Positions 1 to 5,329 of a stretch of DNA of 5,370 bases are shown here, one piece after another. Source of the stretch: Amoebidium appalachense. Taxonomy: Eukaryota; Protista; Ichthyosporea. Position 1 is the stretch's first letter. Every line of letters begins with the position of its first letter. The position numbers and the translations under genes are program-made. The notes under the pieces are model-generated. The model ran no database searches and was not told where the DNA came from. It saw only the letters and a list, made by a program, of their open reading frames with translations. Where the stretch lies: positions 1 to 5,370 of the forward strand of contig CAVNZM010000125.1 of NCBI GenBank assembly GCA_963693365.1. The letters are read 5' to 3'.

Positions 1-70
1 GGGGGGAGCCAGGTATTATTTGTATCTTTTATTGAAATTTAATTTTAATTTATTTTCTTATTTTAATCTT

Positions 71-227
71 CATTAGTGAGGAATTTCAACACTAAGCTCG
101 TTCTAAATGCTAGGATACTCTCCTGGCTAGGAATGCTCCGGGGGGAGTTAGGTATTATAGCTAAACCTTAAATTGACAGTGACCATTTTTCAGCTATTTA
201 AGTGAGACAAAGTTTGTTACATGCACC
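71..227. repeat. Structured direct repeat, copy A (period 216 bp)
   Basis: Colinear with 287-442: cattagtgag..aatttcaa..taaatg..atactctcc..gggggagttaggtatt..gacagtga..ttttcagc.attta..ttacat.cacc. A partial third copy (ggggggagccaggtattat) lies at 1-19. Confidence 0.9.
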
Positions 228-286
228 TTATTTTCAAGTAAAATTTAGTGTATTTTCATAGCAAGTTTATTCCTTTTCTTAACCGC

Positions 287-442
287 CATTAGTGAGTAAT
301 TTCAATACTTAGCTCTAACTAAATGGTAGAATACTCTCCGGGTTAGCTTGCTTCCAGGGGGAGTTAGGTATTCGAGCTAAATCTTTAAATGACAGTGAGC
401 ATTTTCAGCCATTTACTAAATACAAAAATTATTACATTCACC
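287..442. repeat. Structured direct repeat, copy B
   Basis: Diverged copy of 71-227. It ends next to the 3' end of the SSU rRNA. Confidence 0.9.
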
Positions 443-449
443 CAAGGAC

Positions 450-2045
450 ACTCCTGATTCCTGCACGATCCCATGCGAGTTTGGGCTCCTCAGAGTCCAA
501 ATTCACCTTGTACGAGTAAGGAGAATTTTCCAAGAGTCTCTAAAAAGCCTTCTCGCTAAGAGAAGAGTCTTATGCTCTTGTCATCATACGACGACAAGCT
601 CGTTGGAAACTCGCAACTCGCATTCTGAGCCAAAGAATGTAGCATCCATGCCTTCTATACTCTTAAACATGAGTTTATTAAGATTCTACGTTTTGATCTA
701 CAAGGCTCTCATACCATTAATACACGAGTGTTAGGACTCCATGACTGCTTCAGGTTGTTGGTGTACTCTATTCCGCTGAGACATGTCAGCGGACTGACGA
801 AAACCTGGCTGCATTAACTGTCGTGGTGCAAGATTTCTTCCAGGTGGAACGAATAGTCTTAATGTTTACATCAAGAGCTATCTCTTACTTTCGTGGGTAC
901 ACTCCGGGTGTGACTATTAGCTTTATTCTCTTTATTACCTTACAACTTCTTTATCTCGATTCTCCTTACGGATCAACGTTTACCTAGAATGGGCATCCCC
1001 GATATTTTTCTTGCGCTTATACTACGATACTACACATGGCACTTCATACCGTTTGCAGCTCAAGCATTGTTCACCAGAAGACCTCGTGGAGGGTTTCAGT
1101 TAATTCTTCCAGTATATACAATTGACTTATGTGACCTCTTTACATAGCCCGTGTCATTGTTTGGGTTCCAAACCTAATATTACAATTATTAGTGGTTTTA
1201 CTTCTGAGACGCAAAAGCCTACTAGACAAATTTCACAACGACTTATTTAAGATCACAAATACTAGGCTTGCGGATAGTACTAGACTATTAGATTAGTAGC
1301 AGACTCGATGATTATACCTCCAATACACAAATGTATGCTTTTCTCTTACAACCTTATTTACGCGCGTAGTTTACACTTACTTATACCAGAACTAACTAGA
1401 GGCTACCCATTAGCTAAAGGAATTTACCGCTTCCAGCTTTTATAGAGTTTTTATCTGTTGATCTGGAAACTTCTAATTCATTTATTCAATCGACTTGTGA
1501 GACATTGATCCTGTCATTGAGTTCAGCATGCATTCCAACTACTCTTTTAGGCCTAGCATATTAGTAATGTAGCCAAAATTAATTACTAAATTAGCGGCTT
1601 TTTATGGCACTTATAAATCTTCATTCAATGTATTATCTTAGTTTGGATCTTGAAGTATTGAGTAATCTATACAAGTAACATTCTGTAGCTATAACACCAA
1701 GTTGGTAATGCACTAGTCTTGGGAGTGCCTTTCGACTTTGCTAACTAGCTCAATCTGGGGTTCACCCTACATTCTTAATCTATTTATATATGCAATCCTT
1801 TACTTTTTCTGGTACAGATAAGAGGATTAGGTAGTAACTCTTTACCATCCTATGTGCTCCAATCTAAACTTGATACACCTCTCGAGCCGCGTCGGTGCAA
1901 TATTACTTGAGAGCTCTTGTTCCAATATTAATCTAACACCAATAGCTCATGATCGCACTATCAGTAATCTTGGGACTTGAACTCGTCCACGTGGTTAATC
2001 TTACGATATCTATTTACGAGACCTACTAGTTGCTAATACTATTGT
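450..2045 (-). rRNA. rns: Highly divergent small-subunit rRNA, mitochondrial type; ends approximate
   Basis: Degenerate antisense SSU landmarks occur in the correct order over ~1.6 kb: tcaccttgtacga (~503; cf. TACCTTGTTACGA), ccattaatacacgagtgt (~714; cf. CCATTGTAGCACGTGTGT), ctgacgaaaacctggctgca (~794; cf. CTGACGACAGCCATGCAGCA), aagatttcttc..cgaat (~830), cgtttac (~977), attcttccag (~1103), atttcacaacgactta (~1230), tttacgcgcg (~1357; 530 loop), attccaactact (~1532), ctaactagctcaatc (~1741; cf. CCAACTAGCTAATC), gacttg..gtggttaa (~1974-1998). Confidence 0.8.
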
Positions 2046-2269
2046 AATTAATAGTCAACTTTTTGCTTAGTTGGCTCACTACCTTATCCAATGTAGAGAA
2101 ATGTTAGTAACAAGACTTGATATGTGAACACCCAACAGACAAAAGCTAAGACTAACAACTCGTACAAAAATCCCGGATTTTATTAAAAATTTTCGAGCTA
2201 GGCATGAATAAGTGCCTGTTCCTCTCTATACTAGTAACAGCAAGTACAAAGAGATCGCCTTGGAATCCT

Positions 2270-2470
2270 GAAGGATAACAAAACATTTAAAAAAGACAAA
2301 CTTAATTTCATGTGGCTTTTCTGTTAGGCTAACAAAACATTAGCTGTTGGTACTATATATGTAGCTCTTATTACTTGGTGATTCTTTCCTAGTATGATAG
2401 AGTACTTTCAATTTTGAGACCCCTAATTTGACACCCGTTTTATAGGTAATCAAGTACGAGAGGAAGACGA
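2270..2470 (+). rRNA. Possible divergent LSU rRNA fragment (domain V-VI-like, with sarcin-ricin loop motif)
   Basis: Exact AGTACGAGAGGAA at 2453-2465, preceded in the expected order by GGATAACA (2273), catgtggct (~2309), agctgtt (~2343) and tgagac (~2415). Matches other than the SRL are short. Confidence 0.3.
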
Positions 2471-2703
2471 AAAATAATAAAGTAGAGGGGTTATCGTTCG
2501 CCCTTATAAGATGGGGTATTACACCATTAGGTACTATATCATGAGGTACTAAAGGTTTTGAAAAGACCTTAGACCTACATGGTAGCATTGAGACATGCTA
2601 GCTAGCCAAGAATTCCTTGGTTACCGCACAAATGATGTCCTTAAATGTCACAGCGGGACGTATTCTTCTTCCAATGAAACGTATCCTTTTCACAGAGGAG
2701 AGA

Positions 2704-2900
2704 TTAATAAATGAAAATTAAGAAAGCAATTATTAACACAAATAACACCACAGCTTCAGTTAAAGCAAAACCTAAGATAGGGCTATAAAATAATTTCTAT
2801 AAATAACATTTAATAATGTTGAGAATATTATTCTAACCCCAACACCAAATAATCCAATAGTAATTAATCCTGCTACAATAAAATTAAATTCCTGTACCCT
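2704..2900 (-). pseudogene. atp9: ATP synthase subunit 9 (c) pseudogene
   Basis: One frame reads (AGG)VQEFNFIVAGLITIGLFGVGVRIIFSTLLNVIYRN. A shifted frame reads LFYSPILGFALTEAVVLFVLIIAFLIFIY*, matching the Atp9 ILGFALxEA signature. AGG stands where ATG is expected, and a frameshifting deletion follows RN. Confidence 0.9.
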
Positions 2901-2955
2901 GTTAATTAATATTTACATCTATATTCTTGAGAGAGTGAAACAAATAGCATTTTTC

Positions 2956-3021
2956 AAACTTAGCAGAACTTGAATATACAGAATTTCAAATTCTATGCTC
3001 TACTAATCGCGCTCTAATCTT
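2956..3021 (-). pseudogene. Degenerate tRNA, probably Phe-derived (loop TTTGAAA is ambiguous GAA/TGA); no insertion
   Basis: D-arm-like GCGCGATTAGTAGAGC, stem TAGAA/TTCTG, T-loop TTCAAGT. The variable loop is missing and stems carry mismatches. Confidence 0.6.
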
Positions 3022-3041
3022 TTGAGAAGGTACTATATCAT

Positions 3042-3247
3042 TAGGTATTGAAGAACTCTCGTCGGGAAGGGTCCAACTAGAGAGATCCTGCGCATTCAGG
3101 AAAAATTCTGCGTACTTAGGAGAGAGTCTGCGCACTTAGAAGGAACCTTATCGCCAGACAGAAGTCTATACTCTTGCCTTAACTGGCAAACACACCTACA
3201 GCCAAAGACTAAAAAGGTCAGTACTCTACCAATTGAACTAAATACCT
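3042..3247 (-). tRNA. trnK: tRNA-Lys(UUU) interrupted in the T-loop by the long element
   Basis: Acceptor AGGTATT/AATACCT, D-arm GTTCAATTGGTAGAGT, loop CT-TTT-TA. The anticodon stem is partly mismatched. Confidence 0.8.
3059..3192 (-). mobile_element. Long T-loop insertion (family L), 134 nt, three 20-bp subrepeats
   Basis: Homologous to 3683-3802, 4035-4174 and 4886-5004. Confidence 0.8.
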
Positions 3248-3269
3248 AAAGAAATTAATTACATAAGAT

Positions 3270-3370
3270 CGATAATACCCGGATTTTAACCCAGAACCAT
3301 TAACGTGACAAGTTGTCTTGCCGTGGTAACTATGGACGTTCCAATGCTTTACCAATTAAGTTACATTCTC
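3270..3370 (-). tRNA. trnD: tRNA-Asp(GUC) interrupted in the anticodon stem
   Basis: Acceptor GAGAATG/TATTATC. Removing 3315-3342 restores TTAAC-TT-GTC-AC-GTTAA. Confidence 0.85.
3315..3342 (-). mobile_element. 28-nt anticodon-stem insertion (family A)
   Basis: GGAACGTCCATAGTTACCACGGCAAGAC; homologous to 5159-5186 and 5302-5329. Confidence 0.8.
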
Positions 3371-3403
3371 GCACTCAATTAACTGAAGATTGAGTTTTTA
3401 ATC

Positions 3404-3513
3404 CATATATTTAAAAACTTGGTACCTACGGAAATCAACGGAACTTTCGCGGTGCTCCAACCTTCGACCGTATTTTTATGAGGAACATGCTCTAACAATT
3501 GAGCTAAATACTG
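3404..3513 (-). tRNA. trnM: tRNA-Met(CAU) interrupted in the T-loop by the short element
   Basis: GCTCAATTGTTAGAGC, CT-CAT-AA, GAAGG-TT[37]CAAGT. The first two acceptor pairs are mismatched. Confidence 0.8.
3422..3458 (-). mobile_element. 37-nt T-loop insertion (family S)
   Basis: One substitution from the consensus GGAGCACCGCGAAAGTTCCGTCGATTTCCGTAGGTAC. Confidence 0.85.
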
Positions 3514-3560
3514 AAGCTATTATTATACAAACATAATAAATCATATACGATTAAATGAGA

Positions 3561-3645
3561 TTCTTCAGAAAGGACTTGGTACCGACGGAAATCGACGGAA
3601 CTTTCGCGGTGCTCTAACCTTTAACCCTTCGTTTAACAAACAAAG
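3561..3645 (-). pseudogene. trnN: 5'-truncated tRNA-Asn(GUU) with the short T-loop element
   Basis: TTTGT-TT-GTT-AA-ACGAA, then AAAGG-TT[37]CAAGT-CCTTT-CTGAAGA. No adjacent D-arm or 5' acceptor strand. Confidence 0.7.
3579..3615 (-). mobile_element. 37-nt T-loop insertion (family S)
   Basis: Two substitutions from the consensus. Confidence 0.85.
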
Positions 3646-3665
3646 GATATAAGTGTGAATACCCG

Positions 3666-3857
3666 CCAGAAAAATAGGACTTTCGCTGGGAAGAGTCCAA
3701 CTAGCTTAGGAAAGATCCTGCGCAATTAGGAAAGATCTTGCGCACTTGAAAGTAACCTTGTCGCTAGACAGAAGTATATACTCTTGTCTTAATCAGCCAA
3801 CAAACCTATAACCTCTCATTTCCAAAATGAGTGCTCGACCAATTGCGTTATTTCTGG
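3666..3857 (-). tRNA. trnP: tRNA-Pro(UGG) interrupted in the T-loop by the long element
   Basis: CCAGAAA/TTTCTGG, CTCAT-TT-TGG-AA-ATGAG, ATAGG-TT[120]AAGT-CCTAT. Confidence 0.88.
3683..3802 (-). mobile_element. Long T-loop insertion (family L), 120 nt, two subrepeats
   Basis: Homologous to the other three L copies. Confidence 0.8.
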
Positions 3858-3886
3858 GAGATCTAGCTAAAGATTAATTAGAATAA

Positions 3887-3966
3887 CCGAATAAGGCAGA
3901 ATTCCAATCTACTGTTCCTCAATGAAGTTATTTTCAAGAGAGCTTGCTTCCAAAGCGCCTCTTTCG
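3887..3966 (-). tRNA. trnS: Degenerate tRNA-Ser(UGA), no insertion
   Basis: CT-TGA-AA loop, long variable region, GTAGA-TTGGAAT-TCTGC. Several stem mismatches. Confidence 0.65.
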
Positions 3967-4017
3967 AACATATCAAAAAGGATGTAGCATCAAGGATACA
4001 AGTATAAGAATTTGTAA

Positions 4018-4229
4018 TAAACATAATAAGACTTCCGCCGGGGAGGACCCAACTTTAGTAGGAAGGGTCCAACTAGCTTAGGAGAGATCTTGCGCACTTA
4101 GGAGAGATCCTGCGCACTTGGAAGGGACCTTGTCGCTAGACAGAAGTCTATACTCTTGTCTTAACCGACTAACAACCTTACAACAATAGTATTTGCTATA
4201 CTAGACTTTACTAATTGAGCTATATCAAC
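4018..4229 (-). tRNA. tRNA with GCA at the anticodon position (Cys-like), long T-loop element, mismatched acceptor
   Basis: GCTCAATTAGTAAAGT, TAGTA-TA-GCA-AA-TACTA, T-stem GTAAG/CTTAT. Position 33 is A rather than U, so identity is uncertain. Confidence 0.6.
4035..4174 (-). mobile_element. Long T-loop insertion (family L) with an extra 21-nt segment, 140 nt
   Basis: Standard L body at 4056-4174 plus ccgccggggaggacccaactt at 4035-4055. Confidence 0.8.
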
Positions 4230-4258
4230 AAACTAATCATACAAAGGAAGGAAGTAGA

Positions 4259-4330
4259 TGCAACATAGTGGAATTGAACCGCGATTATTGACATGAAAAA
4301 TCAAAGCCCTAACCATTAGACTAATGGTGC
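4259..4330 (-). tRNA. trnE: tRNA-Glu(UUC), uninterrupted
   Basis: GCACCAT/ATGTTGC, GTCTAATGGTTAGGGC, TTGAT-TT-TTC-AT-GTCAA, T-loop TTCAATT. Confidence 0.88.
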
Positions 4331-4351
4331 GAAGAAGAGTAAATAATAAAA

Positions 4352-4467
4352 CGAAGAGAGTGAGACTTGGTACCTACGGAAATCGACGGAACTTTCGCGG
4401 TGCTCCAACTCACGAATCCAGAATGTAAAATTAGCAATTTGAATGTTTTACCAAAAGCAATCTCTTC
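4352..4467 (-). tRNA. trnS: tRNA-Ser(GCU) interrupted in the T-loop by the short element
   Basis: Perfect acceptor GAAGAGA/TCTCTTC, TT-GCT-AA loop, long variable region, GTGAG-TT[37]CAAGT-CTCAC. Confidence 0.85.
4370..4406 (-). mobile_element. 37-nt T-loop insertion (family S)
   Basis: Consensus copy, identical to 4760-4796. Confidence 0.85.
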
Positions 4468-4509
4468 TCTATTATCTTCTTGATTATCTTTGCATTACTA
4501 GTATAGTGT

Positions 4510-4583
4510 AGTGTAAGAGTGAAGTTAAACCACTAACCTTTGACGCCACAAATCAATAATCTAACCAATTGATCTACTTACAC
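4510..4583 (-). tRNA. trnH: tRNA-His(GUG), uninterrupted
   Basis: GTGTAAG/CTTACAC, GATC/GATT D-stem, TTGAT-TT-GTG-GC-GTCAA, AGTGG-TTTAACT-TCACT. Confidence 0.92.
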
Positions 4584-4605
4584 ATAGATATGTAACACGA
4601 TAACA

Positions 4606-4715
4606 TAGAGAGAGAAGGATTTGGTACCTATGGAACTTTCGCGGTGCTCCAACCTTCGAACCTTAGAAGGATATCATTTACAGTGATACGTTATTGATCA
4701 CTCAGCTACCATCCT
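4606..4715 (-). tRNA. trnY: tRNA-Tyr(GUA) interrupted in the T-loop by a shortened S element
   Basis: TATCA-CT-GTA-AA-TGATA, variable arm CCTT/AAGG, GAAGG-TT[27]CAAAT-CCTTC. Confidence 0.85.
4624..4650 (-). mobile_element. 27-nt deletion variant of family S
   Basis: Lacks 10 nt between the two internal cggaa direct repeats. Confidence 0.85.
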
Positions 4716-4741
4716 GAAAGCAATGCTAGGTTATGTAATAG

Positions 4742-4860
4742 TATCTCTGGTGAGACTCGGTACCTACGGAAATCGACGGAACTTTCGCGGTGCTCCAACT
4801 CACAAGACTATTTATCATTGTATCCTAAGTACAATTCATTGGCCAATTCAACACAGAGAT
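4742..4860 (-). tRNA. trnL: tRNA-Leu(UAG) interrupted in the T-loop by the short element
   Basis: Perfect ATCTCTG/CAGAGAT, TTGTA-CT-TAG-GA-TACAA, long variable arm, GTGAG-TT[37]CGAGT-CTCAC. Confidence 0.9.
4760..4796 (-). mobile_element. 37-nt T-loop insertion (family S)
   Basis: Consensus copy. Confidence 0.85.
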
Positions 4861-4868
4861 GATAAACA

Positions 4869-5059
4869 AATTGATAGCAGAACTTTCGTAGGAAGGGTCC
4901 AACTAGCTTAGGAGAGATCCTGCGCACTTAAGAAAGATCTTGCGGACTTGGAAGGGACTTTGTCGCTAGACAGAAGTCTATACTCTTGCCTTAACCAGCA
5001 AACAAACCTACAGCCGTAATCTTGTAAGAATTATGCTTTACTAATTGAGCTAAACACCA
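4869..5059 (-). tRNA. trnV: tRNA-Val(UAC) with long T-loop element; acceptor strands do not pair
   Basis: GCTCAATTAGTAAAGC, TAATT-CT-TAC-AA-GATTA, GTAGG-TT[119]AAGT-TCTGC. Acceptor TGGTGTT vs TATCAAT. Confidence 0.78.
4886..5004 (-). mobile_element. Long T-loop insertion (family L), 119 nt
   Basis: Homologous to the other three L copies. Confidence 0.8.
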
Positions 5060-5095
5060 GAAGGACATAAAAGAAAATACCTATGATGAGACTTG

Positions 5096-5132
5096 GTACC
5101 TACGGAAATCGATGAAACTTTCGCGGTGTTCC
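5096..5132 (-). mobile_element. 37-nt T-loop insertion (family S)
   Basis: Three substitutions from the consensus. Confidence 0.85.
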
Positions 5133-5158
5133 AACCCATAACAAATTCATTGGAAGTG

Positions 5159-5186
5159 GTCCTGCAGTGGTAACTCTGGACGTTCC
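5159..5186 (-). mobile_element. 28-nt anticodon-stem insertion (family A)
   Basis: GGAACGTCCAGAGTTACCACTGCAGGAC. Confidence 0.8.
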
Positions 5187-5238
5187 AAATACTCTACCGA
5201 TTGAGCTACAGAAGTGTGAATAGGTACTGAAATAGCTG

Positions 5239-5275
5239 GTACCTACGGAAATCGACGGAACTTACACGGTGCTCC
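5239..5275 (-). mobile_element. 37-nt T-loop insertion (family S)
   Basis: Two substitutions from the consensus. Confidence 0.85.
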
Positions 5276-5301
5276 AACCCATAACAAGCTTATTGGAAAT
5301 G

Positions 5302-5329
5302 GTTCTGCGGTGGTAACTATGGACGTTCC
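5302..5329 (-). mobile_element. 28-nt anticodon-stem insertion (family A)
   Basis: GGAACGTCCATAGTTACCACCGCAGAAC. Confidence 0.8.

Larger units (their letters stand above)
5078..5215 (-). tRNA. trnG: tRNA-Gly(UCC) carrying both an A and an S insertion
   Basis: ACTTCTG/CATAGGT, TTT[28]CA-CT-TCC-AA-TGAAT, ATGGG-TT[37]CAAGT-CTCAT. Confidence 0.85.

Noticed and set aside
71-442. Hammerhead ribozyme, 5S rRNA or T-box identity for the repeat
   Set aside because: No CUGANGA/GAAA core, 5S signature or T-box motif in the right context.
1030-2045. Minus-strand LSU rRNA interpretation
   Set aside because: Some short LSU-like words occur, but SSU landmarks explain the whole stretch colinearly from 450 to 2045.
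2479-2540. tRNA-like segment (TAGTACCTAATGGT on the minus strand)
   Set aside because: Acceptor and T-arm cannot be built convincingly, and no anticodon can be assigned.
2340-2588. Supplied 82-aa minus-strand ORF
   Set aside because: No recognisable protein motif, and it overlaps RNA-like and duplicated segments; probably a chance ORF.
3059-3192. Group I or group II intron identity for family L
   Set aside because: Too short, with no GUGYG...AY ends, domain V or P7 core recognisable.
3404-3513. 5' acceptor-stem editing of the chytrid/Acanthamoeba type
   Set aside because: trnM has mismatches at pairs 1-2, but mismatches in the other tRNAs are spread over all stems rather than confined to positions 1-3.
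4723-4911. Supplied 62-aa plus-strand ORF
   Set aside because: It is antisense to trnL and the end of trnV and runs through repeat elements.
3422-5275. CRISPR array interpretation of the 37-nt repeats
   Set aside because: Spacing is irregular (about 140-790 bp), the intervening sequences are tRNA bodies, and no cas genes are present.
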